Positions 1-13,389 are shown, counted from the first letter of the stretch. The stretch: DNA of 64,000 nt from Camelus ferus (GCF_009834535.1 NC_045696.1:117802001-117866000); one strand, 5' to 3'. Notes: generated by a model from the sequence alone, not told the origin. A program made the numbers and translations.

Positions 1-1319
1 TTATGGGATCATCGGATTGAATGCGGCCAGAAGGCACGGTGAACGTGTGCCGGGGGCTCACCAGCTGTAAGGCAAACTTGTTTCACTGGCACTTAATCTG
101 CAATGCCTCACTCACCCACCCTCTCTGCTCACAATTGGAATGGAAGTAGCGATTAGGAAGTGAGATATAGTGCAGATTAAACGTTACGATGGACCGGGAT
201 CCTGTTGGGTTATTAAAACCCATTTGCTTTCACTGGTTTTAAAGGCGTAGCACTTTATTTAAACCTCCAGCTCTAGGTCTCTGAGCTTTAAGAGGTGGGA
301 AGTCGAGGAGTGAGGAGAGGGTTATGTGCAGTAAAATAATTTAGACTCTAAAGAGAAGTAAGAATATTTCCTTTTCCTACACAAGAAAGCTGCTTTTTTT
401 TTTTCCTCCAGTGAGTGAATCTAATCTGTGACCTCAATTTGAGCTTCAGAAAAACAGGAAACATTAATACGAAAATACTCACCCCCCACAAATTGATTTA
501 ATAGACTGAAAATAAATACTGCAAGCAGTTCTCACCATAATATTTGGTCAATTTTGGAACTTCTGATTCTAAGTCGTGTTTCCCTAACATATTCTCCGTG
601 TTTTCTATGAAGCGGGAAATACTCGGTACCAAATTCAGTGGTGTAAAATCAGCCCTTGGGAGAGTTCCAGCTGTTCCCTGAGGCATCTCAGAATGGTGCT
701 GTGGGCTGGCTGGCAGCAGCAGCTGTCCCTGGAAGAACAGAGGAGGCCAGACAACAGAGGGGAGGGCTTTGCACAAAGTGAAGCTGTGGGCATCCTGTGG
801 ACACATCAGGAATCGGGATCAGAAGAAAGAAATGTGGGTAGCTTGATAGGATACAGATTCCCCCATCCTGGGGGCCTGGAGGGTCAGCATGAGAGCCACT
901 GCTCTTTGTCCAGTCACCTTGAACCCTGGATGACCAAGGTCAGGGATCAGCATCCTAGGACACTGGTTCACAGCCAACATATCGCCAAGGGCAGAATCCT
1001 TTTTCTGGCATCAACATGAGCTCTTTGGATGAAATACCTGAGAAATGGTTCTATTGTCCACCACACCAATTCGTATTGAGAAATCTGTTCCCAGCACAGG
1101 AATTTTCTGTTTTGTAGAAGTAGCCTAAGATTCCTGGAAGAAAAAAGACATTTTCTGGCTAAGAACCAGTAGAGCAAGAGTGAAGCAGACATAAATGCCA
1201 ATGGTCTTCTGTTACTACTGAACTCATTAATTCTCTGGCCACCAGATTCTATCCAGCATTCATTATTTCTCTCTCAGTTCGGCAAAATAGTTTGCATATT
1301 ATCAGTCACCTGAATGTAG

Positions 1320-1585
1320 CCTCATGAGCTGTGATGTTGGGTGAATCACTCCCTCTCTCTGGTCTAGGTGTCTGTGAAAGGAGGGGTGTCATCGCAGACG
1401 TCATTTACAAACGTTTGCGGTAGAATCCATTTTACGAACAAAACATTAGCTAAGAATTGGAGCTGCTCTATTCAAAACTGGGAGTGGAGCCCCCGCTCAG
1501 CTCCTAGTCTTCTTTATGGGGCTTGGGCTGCCTTTACTAAATTCCAAGGCTGCTCAGAACCCGGCATAACTTTATCTAAACTAGA
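1320..1585 (+). mobile_element. MIR fragment followed by a probable old hAT-Charlie MITE fragment
   Basis: gctgtgatgttgggtgaatcactccctctctctg resembles the MIR core. The following gaatccattttacgaacaaaac...ggagctgctctattcaaaactgggagtggagccc resembles Charlie4-type MITEs. Recognised by eye. Confidence 0.4.
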
Positions 1586-3654
1586 CGCTGGATATCTCTT
1601 CCAACAGAAAGTGTGATTGAATGTTGGGGTCTCCCTTTATGTGTCCCAAGATGTGGGGTGTGCGGGTTACTGGCACAGAGGGGCTAAGCCAGCATCTCAC
1701 ACAGCGAGACCAAACATGGTGCTGCAGGTCCCACAAGCACCAGCTCATGGTCTTAGCTGGGAGGGAATTTGGGTCTCCAGGCAGTCAGGCATCCAAGTTG
1801 ACCGTCCTTTTTCACAATTTTTTTTTTTTTTTGAAGAGACTGACTGTTCCAGTTGTCCTGAAGACACAGGATTTTGTTTCCTTTCTTTCTCTCTAACTGG
1901 CAGTGGGAAAGAAGTTTTCAATGAGGTCTGGACTTTTCATTTGTCTTGGCTATCACTTATCATCAGTCATTTTAAGAACCAGTTGAGAGTCTAAAGATTA
2001 GGTGGGATTTTTGTGAAATATTAACTCCAAGCTCCAGACAGCTTCTCCAATCACCATATTGGGTCTTGCCCAATCACCATATTGAGTGTTTACCTTTAAG
2101 TATGTAAATATACCATCTTAGATTTTCTTTTGTTTTGCAAATATTTGAATATACCTTCTTATACTCTCTTTTGTTTTGCAAACAACCTTTTACCAAAACC
2201 AGAATGAAACCCGGACAAATCTTTCCCATCTTGGCCCTGTAACAACGTCTCTCTTCCCTGAAGCCTTGGGAGAGAAATGGCAGGATTACTTATTGTTAAT
2301 ACGGTGACGACTCCTTTGCAGATGTTACAATGTCAATGTTTTGCAGCAAATTTGCATTGTCGCCTAGACATGCGTTGATACACCTTGCCATTTAGTCATT
2401 TGAGTAAACACTGACAAGAGGCATGGGAGCCCCTTGTTGGCAGAATGTAGGAGATTCTGCCCACAAGCTGTGAAAATGAGGAAGTCAGACCCTGGAATCC
2501 TGATTGAAGGCTTGACATCACAGGACCAAGTGATCCAAAAGAGATGTAAATCATAGCCTCTGAAACAGAAGAATTCACTTGCTCTCTGGTATTCGGTGTA
2601 GCAACAAATCAGTAATGGAATTAGTTTGGGATTATATATGCTTTGCCCAGTGAAGAAAGTTGGATTTATAAGAGACTAAGGGCTTTGTTTGAAAAGCAAA
2701 GAAACATTACAAAAAATTTTTTTCCTCTTAATTTTACCAAGCCTACCCACCCTTCCAAAAGACCAAAGACATAGTGATAAAGAAACATTCAAATTCTGCT
2801 TCCAATGCCAACTTAATGCATAACAAAGTAAATGGCTGGTTATAGGCAAACATCTTCCAAATGGATTCAAAATGGAATTTCTGAATGTTACTGTTGCTAC
2901 AACACTTCACTTCCCTCAAGCCTGGGAGAAAGTCTCAGGGTCATGTTTTGCATTAAGCTGAATACAATAAATCCAACCTGAATACATGGTATGGATTAAA
3001 TACAAGGTATCAATAACATGTAATTAAACTCTGCCTCCAAATTCTTAAATGTAAGTAAGCCATTTCATGCATATATACAGAGATAAAATCAACAAATCAA
3101 GTGGCTAAGGCATTTGGTCAAAGGATAATTTTTTTCTCTGGCTTGTAACCTGTTTAATAATATAATGGTGACCCTCTTAGCAGAGTGCTGACCACCTGGG
3201 TCATGCGTGCTGACAGTCATCACTCCAACTCTTATTTCCAGTCACTGACAATGTAGTTGCTAAGGAGCTATTTTTCTCTTAAAATATATGTAGAGGAAAA
3301 TATGGGAAATTTCTATATTAATGACATGATAATGACATTGTGAAAATAAAATGGTGATGACATATCCACTGTGGGAATAACACGCCCTCAGGCTAACCAA
3401 CACAGCTTACCTGTTTAACTTATTACAGTATTTCATAAAAATGCTTGAAATGAGCAACTCAGTTCAACCTGAAATAAAACAATGCTGCATTTTCTTTTAT
3501 GCACATGACGAGAGAAGATGCTAATTGCTCACCTGCAACCCACCTAAGAAACTGATGGAAATACATCTACAATAAAATCAGAACAATATCATTTCCAGTA
3601 CCTGCATGATACTCATTCTGGTGAGTCATCCCCAAAGACTTTTTAAAAGAAAAT

Positions 3655-3760
3655 AGAGTTCTGATTCTACGTTTGCCATTAATTTGCTACAGAGTTGGGC
3701 AACCACACGGTTCCTCAGCTCCCTTCCATCAAAAAGAGTCAAGACCAGTTATCTGAGCGG
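3655..3760 (+). mobile_element. MIR/MIR3 SINE fragment
   Basis: gagttctgattctacgtttgccattaatttgct...ttgggcaaccac...cctcagctccc is a decayed MIR core. Confidence 0.45.
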
Positions 3761-4859
3761 GCTGTACAGTGGATAGGTGTGAGTTAAAGAACTTCGGAAT
3801 TGTGGAGATAAAAGGTTTTCTCTCATGGAATGCCATTATTATTAATATTATTGTCATCTTCATTATTTATGCTCTCAGCACACGTATTGTGAAAATGTGT
3901 TATTCGCGTAACTGCTCTGCCCTCACCATGTCATTTGCAAAATCACCATGTTCTTCTCACAGAAATGTCACTGAAATGTCATTTTTACAATAGCTGCATT
4001 ATGAATCTGCTATAACTTGAATTGCTTTACAATGAAAATGCAATTTCTTAGCAATTAAAATTATTCCACCCACCCCAGTCAAATAATAGAAAATCGTGTC
4101 CCTGTCCAATGTTGCTTATAGTGCACGGCAGAATACTGCACGTTGGACAGAGTATGGCTTCTCACATGCCCAGGACGGTCTATGTCTTAGCCGTACCCGT
4201 GGTTGCATTATGCCACATGTGATTGTCTGCGAAACCTGATCCGTATTAGTGTAGCATGTTACTAAAACTTTTAAAGGTTGGAAAATTGCACTCACTCAGT
4301 CATATCCTTTTAAAGTTCACCCAGGACTCTCACCACATCTAAACTTGCAGGTATAACAACACTAGATCAAGATACGTAAGAAACTAATGTCAGTTGTCAT
4401 TATGGGAATAAATTCTTATAAATGCAAAATTCATTATCATTAGATCTATTTAAATCCCATTCTGGTATTCATTGAAAATTTTCTTCTTAAAAGCCACCTC
4501 TCAGAAACTGTTGATGGATATCGGGTCATGTTTAGAGAGATCCTTAAAGGCCCATTTACTTTTGCACTTGTTTTCAGCTGAAATCTTACATGGAAACCCA
4601 AGGTGTAAAAGGCTAAGCTGTAGGGCAATGGAGATTGTCCAAGATGAGAGTCTGGGCCAGAACCCTAGAAATAAGAAGAAAAAATATGTATTTATAAATA
4701 TACCAAACAGGACTTATAATTAAAGAGCAGGGGGTAGGGCATGGGATAAATATAAGTGTAAATAGACAAGAAAATATGGAAAAGTGTGGTCTTGTGGCTT
4801 CTCTCTGTGACCCTCCCTGGAGTTAAGCAGTAGGTGTGGTTGGTGTTTACCTCCAGATG

Positions 4860-5870
4860 AAAGCAGGTGGTGTGAGTATTTAGGCCAAAGAGATGTGACA
4901 ATGCCTCAAACAGCTGAAGAATCAGGAGAACTGGGGAAGCTTCCATGCATGAAATACAAGTTATAGTTGTAACCTGTCTGGAAGCCCATCCAACCCACAC
5001 CCAAAGACCATAAAAAATGTGCCTCTGTGTCAAGGCCAAAATCTTCCCAGGAGCAAAGAGGTATTTTCAAGCATGAATATGAGTAGACAATCAAAAATTC
5101 ACAAACATTTAAGGAAACCGAACATCACGGAAGAGATGAGTGAATGGAAGAACTAACTCTTGAGGAAGTAAAGCTAATAAAGGAAGCAAATATTTTTAAA
5201 AGACCTTAAAATAAACACATTGGATATCCTAACATAGGTTCCCAAAGATGTACAAAAGTGAAAAATAAAACACTATAAAAACTAAAAGCACTAGTATAAA
5301 AATTATAATAGCAGTATATGAACAGAATAGTAGAATCAGTACAGGTGAAGGACAAATCAGTAAACAGTCAGAGCAGAGCTAAACAAAGAATTGAGACTAG
5401 ATTAACAGAGCTCACTGAGTGCCAAGCAGGATAAAAATAAATAAATAAATAATTTTAGAAATACCTAAAAGCAGAGAGGAAAACTTTAGAATACAAGAAT
5501 AAGGCTACTAGCGGGGTTGGGGAAGATAAAAATAAAAACAAAAGTCAGATTGGAGTCTGAGTTCTCCTTGACAAAAACATGCTAGAAGATGGTATAGTAT
5601 TAAAATTATGAGAGCAGTTTGTTTTGTACTTAAGTCCTATAACTAGAAAAACTAGCATTCATTAACTTTACCATCTACAGACCACTTCAGGAAAAAAAAT
5701 GCATTCTAGCAAAATGAAAAATGAGTCCAAAAAAGAATAAGATGCCAGACATAAGAAATGGTAATAAGCAAAGAAACCAACCAAATTCCTACTTAAATTA
5801 AAAGCTGTTCTGTTATACATGGAAATGAAAATTATTAACAATCTGGAACTAAAGTCCAAAATGATCTCAA
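4860..5870 (+). mobile_element. Ancient L1/HAL1-like 5' region and ORF1 remnant
   Basis: Strongly A-rich + strand with ORF1-like stretches (gagtgccaagcaggataaaaa; gtcagattggagtctgagttctc; cctataactagaaaaactagcattc). No open frame. Confidence 0.55.
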
Positions 5871-5879
5871 CATGGGAGG

Positions 5880-6283
5880 TATTATAATAAAGAATCTGAC
5901 TCTATTTTTCATATTTGGCTGCTGACAGACCCACCATTTTCTGCTGCTGCCCCAGATCGGAGCAAGCTGATAAGAAAGCTCAGATTACCCCTCCTTTTGG
6001 GACTAGCAGGAATTCAGACCACACAAGCCCCCTGCCATGTGCATGAACCCTCACTCTAGCTCCGACTTCAAACCAGAAAAGAAGGCTGAACCAGTCTCCT
6101 TTCCCTCCTTTTTCGAGCCATGTTTGGACCAGGTTGAGGATCCACCCTGTTCTCCCCAGAAAGCCTTATTATGTAATAAACCTTTTCATAGCATCTTGAC
6201 AGGTGTGTGGTACCATCAGTCTTCATATTCAAACCTAATTTTGGGTGGGAGGTCCATACTACCTTTACGAAGTAAATAAAATA
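5880..6283 (+). mobile_element. Solo ERV LTR, probably ERVL class (MER54/MER73/MER74-like)
   Basis: About 400 bp of GC-richer sequence inside A-rich L1 DNA. It starts ...aagaatctgactctattttt and has aataaacctttt near 6175 followed by a tgtgtgg U5-like tract. Confidence 0.55.
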
Positions 6284-6571
6284 GGTGTGGAGAGAGAAAG
6301 AGAAAGAAATAAGGTGAGAGATAATATATAAATACTGGTTAAAGATTGATTTTTAAAATCACTGGGACAATATTAATATTAGATGAAATACGAAGGCATC
6401 AAAAGGGTAAAAGAGGATATGTTATTTTGATGTATGTGTGATATACCAAAAATCACTTGCTATTCAAATGATAACAAAATTGTTCATGTCAGAAAGTTCT
6501 ATCATTACCATATTTTGAATAACAAAGTGCAGTTTGTGAAAGGACAACATTCAGAAAATGCATAAATCTAG

Positions 6572-6639
6572 GGCAGTTACTTCCCTGGAGATATCTACCA
6601 ATGTAAGAGGCAGTTACTTCCCTGGAGATATCTACCAAT
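6572..6639. repeat. Perfect 31-bp direct duplication (period 37)
   Basis: ggcagttacttccctggagatatctaccaat at 6572-6602 and 6609-6639. Confidence 0.95.
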
Positions 6640-7830
6640 CTCTCATGGCCCATCACCTGGGACTTAAGGGGCCACATACATGACAGGCAGAAGATAAAGC
6701 CTGTGAGGTTACATCAGAGAGCACCACTTACAGTCCAGACCTGTGGTGGCCGAACTAGGAAAACCTATCCCACAGTAAGAGATAGGGAGATAATTGCCAG
6801 TCTTGGCTGTGAATTTCTGCTAAATCAAAAATGAAACTTGTCTGCTTTGAGACTTGTCAACTACAAGACTATACTTATGCATGTTTAAGCCATTTCCAGA
6901 AACTTCAAGCTGGAAATTTATTTTAAAGTTGCTCCAGATAAGTAATGTTTACAGGTCCCAAGCATAAGTAAACACAAATATCTCATGAAAAACATTTAAA
7001 ACCTAGATGTCAAAAAAATCTCATATTCTAAGAAATAAAAATTATAAGACATATGGGGGGTCAAAACACACTGAAGAGAAATAAAAAGTGGCATAATCAA
7101 ACACCCAAAGACCACACATACTGCAGTTAACATATACACAATATAAAATAAGTTTATTTTACATATTTAAAGAAAGATTTAAAAGGTAATAAAAGTGTAA
7201 CAAAATAATAACAGTTCCTCAAAAAATAGCCAAGCAGACTTTTAAAAAACCATAAATTCTTGAAGTTAAAAATAAACATTGAAATTAGAAACTCAGAGAA
7301 ATAGTTAAACAGTGGATTAGGTACAACTGAGAAGAGAATTAATTAATTGTAGGGCAGTTTAAAAGATATTGTTCAGAATGTTGCAGAGGCAAACTGGAGA
7401 CAGTAAGTGAGCATTATAATTATCTAGAGTTCTAGGAGGAGCTAATATTAAAAATTGGGAGAGGCAATCTTCTAAGTAATAATGGTTGAGCATTTTCTAC
7501 AAATAGACGAAAGATCCCAGAATCAGATTTGGAATGCCCCCAAACTCTCAAAACAATAAATAAAAAGAAATCTAGATCCATCTACTTTGAAAGTACAAAT
7601 CACTAAAGATAAAGAGAAGGCAATAAAAGCAGCAAAACAGAGACTACGGAAGCACAATAATTAGAATAACAGATGACTTCTCAACAGTAACGATGGGAGT
7701 CCAAAGACAGTAGAAAAGTACCTTCAGAGTATTAGGTGTAAATCAACTGTTAACTCAAAATTGTATGCATACCTAGTTAAACTGACCTTCAAAAGCATGA
7801 TAAAATAAAGATAGTTCAGACATTTTAAAA
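6640..7830 (+). mobile_element. Old L1 (L1M-type) 5'UTR/ORF1 remnant
   Basis: ORF1-like segments such as aacagatgacttctcaacagtaacgatgggagtccaaagacagtagaa and tcaactgttaactcaaaattgtatgcatacc, with A-rich sense bias. Confidence 0.7.
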
Positions 7831-7844
7831 AGTACAAACCTTAA

Positions 7845-8290
7845 CTGTATTTAAAGAGTTAATGAATTTTTAAAACTATAATTTAAACCATTATCAAGGT
7901 ATGAAACATTACCATCCCCCTTAGAAAATTCTATCACTTCCCAATCAATCCTCACTCCCCCACTCCGACTCCAGCACAACCATGTTCTATGCTTTTGTCC
8001 ACTGTACACTAGTTTCTCCAGTTCTAGAACTTCAAATAGAAGGAATCCTACTCTTTTGCATTTTTTACACACTCTTGTGTAAGGCTTCTTTCGGCATTTT
8101 TTTTTTTTGAGAGTCATTCATGTTATTCATTCTCTTTCTATTGTTGAGTGTTGTTGAGCAGTATTCCATTCAATGAATAGTCTACTCTTCAGCTATTTTC
8201 CTATTGCTGGATATCTGGGCTGTTTCCAGTTTGAGTATTATGAGTAAACTGATATAAATATTCTTATACATCTTTTTGTGGATTCTTACT
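7845..8290 (-). mobile_element. Antisense L1 (L1MC/L1ME-type) 3' fragment nested in an older L1
   Basis: T-rich block with gtattccattcaatgaata and ggatatctgggctgtttccagtttgagtattatgagtaaactg, typical of the reverse complement of an L1 3' end. Confidence 0.75.
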
Positions 8291-8970
8291 CCTAATTCCT
8301 TATATGCAAAAAAATGATTTTGTGCTTTGCTAAAAATCAAGTTTCAAGAAAATTAATGAATCAATATTCTCTGAAAAATACAAAATATAAGCCAATAAAA
8401 CAATTTAAAAACACGTGTTTGTACATTTAAATGCACTTCTAAATAATTCATAGGTTAAAGGAGAAACTACATTGACAGTTAGAAAAAACTAAATGATTTA
8501 AAAACTCAGTATTTTAATGTGAGATGCAGCTAAAATGGCACTTAGAGTAAAGTTTATAGGCTTAAATGCATGTATTAGTGAAAAAGAAAGGCTGAAAGGA
8601 CAAGGCATCCAACTTAAGAAGTAAGGGAAAAAAAACAGAATTAATCTAAAGAAAGTAAAAGTGAGGAAAACATAACAGTACGTCCAAAAATTAATGAAAT
8701 GGAAGGTAAAGATGTACTAGAGAGAAACAACATGGCCAAAATTGGTGTTTCAGTAAGATGAATAAAATCAACAGACTTCTAGCAAGATTGATTAAGAACA
8801 AAGAAGAGAAAGCACAAATAATTATTATTAGCAGAAAAATTAATTATAACCACTGTGGAGATTACATTTTTAATAGAAGAATAGAAGTAAAATTTTATAA
8901 AAAATAAATGTAAAATTTAAACGAATAAATTGCATATACACACACACACATAAAACATCAAAACTGAGTT
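8290..8970 (+). mobile_element. L1 ORF2 remnant (region after the endonuclease domain)
   Basis: gagatgcagctaaaatggcacttagagtaaagtttataggcttaaatgc (WDAAKAVLRGKFIALNA-like) and aataaaatcaacagacttctagcaagattgattaag (NKIDKPLARLIK-like), both disrupted. Confidence 0.8.
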
Positions 8971-8974
8971 ACAT

Positions 8975-10035
8975 GTTTTTTTCTGGAGACTTACTTTGTC
9001 TTAGAACTTTTATGCCCAAGTCACAAGTTTATAAGATATATTTCTGCTTTTCAAGTTATAGCAGGGGTAAGATGGAAAAGGAGAATCCAGAAATTCCAGG
9101 AGTTGAAGGGTTGGGAGTTGCAGCTATTACTCATCTCCAGATGGTACCTCTTTTTCAAGTTTGCCTACAGTTGCAGAGCTAAGATTGTGGCCATTAAGAT
9201 ATAGATTAGGAGCAAACACCAAATAATAAATCTTGGCTGCCACATCTCTGTTAAACCCTCTGATTGGATTAAGATGGTCCCCTGTGAACACTCTTCAGTT
9301 AGGCAGGATATTTCAGGGACTAAGACTAAGGTGAGAATCCTGATAAGCTCAAAGGACCCTTAATGAGGTTCAGAGTGAGGTCTCCCAAAGAACACAGTGT
9401 ACGTCATTTCTCAAAGGAACCACTTTTTAAAGTGTTTGAGAGAATTTTGTTTCCAAAAAGGCCAATATCCTGGAGTAAAAGAGACCATGGCTGTTCAACA
9501 CAGCTGGGCTGCAAACATTTTGACTGCCAGAAAGTAGACTGAGTAAGCCCTCTATCCATGTGACTGAGGAAAATTACGGAATGGGAAGGGTGACCCAAAG
9601 AGTAGTTTAGAGCCAAAGAGAACCATGGACTGGGGATCTGCTCCCAAGCACCATGACCAGAGTCTAATCGAGAAGTATTTCCTACCTCCATAGTTGAGGA
9701 TCTCACCACATTTTCCCAGTGGAATTTCAGAACTCTTATCCACTAATAACAATGATGAAATTCCTATCCTTTCTCTTTCCAGTGGGGGTGCTTATTTAGT
9801 TCTACTAACTCTGTTTCACCAACAGAGATGGTGCAGGTTGGGGAGGGGATTACACATAAGACATCTTTTTTGTGATTGGGTTCCGGAAATAAAAGAAGTT
9901 GAATCCACTCATGATGTAGATCATTAGATCCTAGATCCTAATGTCATAATTAAATGAGGTTTTTGAATGTTTTGGTGAGCAGGTGAGTGTATTTTACTTG
10001 GAGAACAAAGAACATATTTATGATCAAAAGGATGA
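8975..10035 (+). mobile_element. MaLR (MLT1) internal sequence, partial
   Basis: Non-L1 composition interrupting ORF2. It ends with gtgagtgtattttacttggagaacaaagaacatatttatgatcaaaaggatga, resembling the MLT-int 3' end, directly before an MLT1 LTR. Confidence 0.5.
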
Positions 10036-10413
10036 TTATGGTTGTACTTATTAACAATTATCCCCATTTTGTCATTGTCAAGCTTCTCTAAGGGACAGAG
10101 TGTAATGGTCCACCTCATTGACTTTAAGCTTGTTCATGTGACTTGCTAATGAATAATGAAAAAATGTGATGCTTGCCATGTTTAGCTTGGCTTATGCCTC
10201 TTATGCTTCTACCCTTAGTAACGAAACAGCATGTGACAAATATCACTTGCTTTTCAGCCTGGGTTCTAGAATGAAAAAGCTCATAGAGCAGAGCCCACTG
10301 AGCCTACCAAAGATAATCAGAATTACAGTATAACATATAACATGAGAAAAAAATTTAATATACTGAAAACCATTGAGATAATAGTTATTACTATAGCAAT
10401 AGCTGAATAAAAT
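10036..10413 (+). mobile_element. MLT1-family LTR (MLT1I/J-like)
   Basis: cattgactttaagcttgttcatgtgacttgct; ttcagcctgggttctagaatgaaaaagctcatagagcagagccc; 3' end ttactatagcaatagctgaataaaata. Confidence 0.75.
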
Positions 10414-12600
10414 AGTCTTCAATTTATGAGATGACTATGAACTTATTAACAAAAACCAAGGAAGAAAAAGAAAAAGAAAACAAGAAAATATAAAAATCAT
10501 CTGACCCATAAACATATATTAAATATTCTAAACAAAATATTGTCAAACTGAATCTAGCATTGCAGAAATGAGATAACACCTGATGACTAACTGGGTTTAT
10601 TCCAGGAATGCAAGGTTGGCTCAATAACAGAAAATGTATTCATATAATTTATTACATTAGAAGAATTTTAAAAAAATCATACAATCACCTTAGATGTAAA
10701 AAGTGCATTTAATAAAATTCAAATTTTACTTATAATAACAACTTTTAAAACTTTTAAGGAAGGAGGACTATCCTTAATCTGATAACAGTTATCTGTGATG
10801 AACCTACAACAAACATCCACTCAATAGTAAAATATTAAAGTAATTTCTTTTGATATCAGGAAAACACATTTATTAGATGATCTAGTAGACTGTACATAAT
10901 TTTTTAAAATAAGAATAAGGATTAGAAATCAAGAAGCAAGACATCTTATTTCATAGCTGATATGACAAAAAGCCATTTCAGAAAAGTGAAAAATATTGTG
11001 TTCCTTTCTAATTCTTATCTATTTTTTCCTTATGTTTGTGTGCTAAGAGTGTAAACAAACAAAAAAGTTTTTCAATTAATGTTAGATTTTAAAAGAATAT
11101 TAAGGTTGCCACACATAAGATTAACAAGCAAAAACCAATTGCACTTTATATACCAGTAACCAGCAGAAAATATAATTTAAAAGAGATACAAATTAAATAT
11201 CAATGAAAATATAAGATATATAGAAAGAGATCTAACACAATATGTAAGGTCATTCTGTGAAAATTTTAAATTTAAAAGACAAAATGGAGATCAAATAAAT
11301 GTAAGGACCAATTGTATTCATAGATAAGAAGACAATATTTTAATAATGACAATTCTTTCCAAATTAATCTTGAGATAAAGTGGAGTTCCAATTGGAATTC
11401 CAAGAGAATCTTTGTGAAATTTGGTAAGTAATTCTAAAGTTTATAGACAATGGCAAATGGCCAAGAATAACCAATACATTACTAAGGAAACTAGCCCTCC
11501 CAGATACCAAGAATTTTGACAAAGTTCTAATAATAAAGACAGGTGTTGGTGCAAGGATAGACAGAAAATTGAACCAAAGAATACAAAGCCCAGGCAATAA
11601 ATTCTACTACACTAAAATTAAGGATTTCTTTTTATTAAAAGATTTAATAGAATGTGAAAAGGCAACTCACAAACTCAGTGAAATATTTCAACACAAATAA
11701 ACTGACAGAGAATTCAATTCCAAAACATGCAATGTTCTCATATGAACATGCTTTTACAGAAGAAAACTCACACCTTCCCAGACACTTGCAAAAAGTGACC
11801 AATATCCTTAATATTGGTCAGGAAAATTCAATTTAAAATCTCAATGAGATACCATTTCACACCCACCAGATTAGTAATAAAGTCTCACAATACCAAATTT
11901 TAGCTGGAACATGAAAGAATGCTATGCTTGTACACTATTGGTTGGACAAGGTGGTGAAGCTGCTTTGGAAATCTACTTGGAATTACCTCGAAAGCTGAGG
12001 AGGCTCTTCTCCTATGACTCAGTTATTGTACCCTAAGCATGTACACCGGAGAAACCTACTGGTGTGCCCCAGGCGGCTTGTTTGTGATAGCAAACAATAG
12101 AAACCATCTAACGGTCCACCCACAGTAGAAGTGCATGAGTAAACTGTTGTATATTCTTGGCATGGTGTAGTATACAGTAGTGAAGATGAATAAACCTTAC
12201 CTATATATATCAGGGTGCATGGGTCTCAAAATCCCACGTTGAACAACAAAAATCAAGCAGTAGACAAATTTGTTTTGCATGGGTCTATTTATGTAAATGT
12301 TCAAATTGGCAAGTTAAAACCAGGGATACATACATATATACATACATAATAACATTTTAAAGAAAAATGGGAGCATGATTAAGAGAAAACTCAGGATAGG
12401 GGTTACTTTTGGAGGGGAGGAAGGGAGATGTCAACACGGAGGAGCACAAAGGAGAGTCAAAGGCACGGGGGTTGTTCTAGTTCTTATGCTCGTCAGTGCC
12501 GGTTCACTCATTATCTACTACTATTCTTAAAGCTGTACTTACATATTTTACATGTACACATTATATGGAGGCTATATCTCAATTTTTAAAAAAGCAAAAA
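10414..12600 (+). mobile_element. L1 ORF2 (RT to C-terminus) and 3'UTR remnant, L1ME-like
   Basis: gggtttattccaggaatgcaaggttggctcaata (GFIPGMQGWFN motif), taattctaaagtttatagacaatggcaaatggccaagaata, atgagataccatttcacacccaccagattag, and an A-rich end near 12600. Many stops and deletions. Confidence 0.85.
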
Positions 12601-12814
12601 AGAAAATGGCTCACTTCTAGAGACCACAAATACATTCTAACAGGACAAATGAGCAAAGCCAACTCTTGTAATGTGGTATGAATAGGTTCTTGTGGTTTGG
12701 GAATAAAATAATAAAACCCAGGGGTAACATTTTATACGGGTTTTAAAAAGGCTCATCAGTTCCCACCGTGAGCTCTGGGTATGCTATGGCTTCTAGAAGT
12801 GAAGTGACCATGGT

Positions 12815-13385
12815 ACTGCTGAGGATTCTTTGGGTTGTCAATGATAGACACCTGCCTGTGTCTTAAGCAAAAGAGTGAAATCTATGGAGAGATTCATGGA
12901 GCCCTGAGAAGGGTAGGGGTACAGCCAGACTCAGAGGTCAGGTTTCTACCATAGAACCAAAGAGTTATATTTCACTGTTTCCCTGAAGATAGTTAGATTT
13001 TTCTGGTTTCTAACACTTAAAACAAACAAAAAAAAAAAACCCTAAATAATACAATCAATGATTGTACTTGGAGAAAAAGACTTTTGCTGTCTTTAGTCTC
13101 TGTAGAACTCTACGCACCAGCTTTCCCTTTTCACATCAACGTCCTCTACAAGGCAAGAAACATCGATGACTACCCCAGGACTTCGTATTTCCAAGCTTCA
13201 CTATGGAGAAGAACAAAACACCTTCCCTGGAGACCATGCTTAAGAATCTCAGAGAAGGGCTCAGTGGGCCCAGCCTAAGTCAAGTGTCCATCCCTGAATT
13301 AACTGACCACAAGCTGGGAGGGTAGGATGTGTAAGATGGTCACACCAGGTCATGCTCCATTGATTGAGTGATGGAGGGGTTGGGG
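12815..13385 (-). mobile_element. Very old MLT1-type LTR fragment(s)
   Basis: aggattctttgggttgtcaatgatagac...cttaagcaaaag and gggcccagcctaagtcaagtgtccatccctgaattaact resemble antisense old MLT1 LTRs. Confidence 0.45.
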
Positions 13386-13389
13386 GTGG

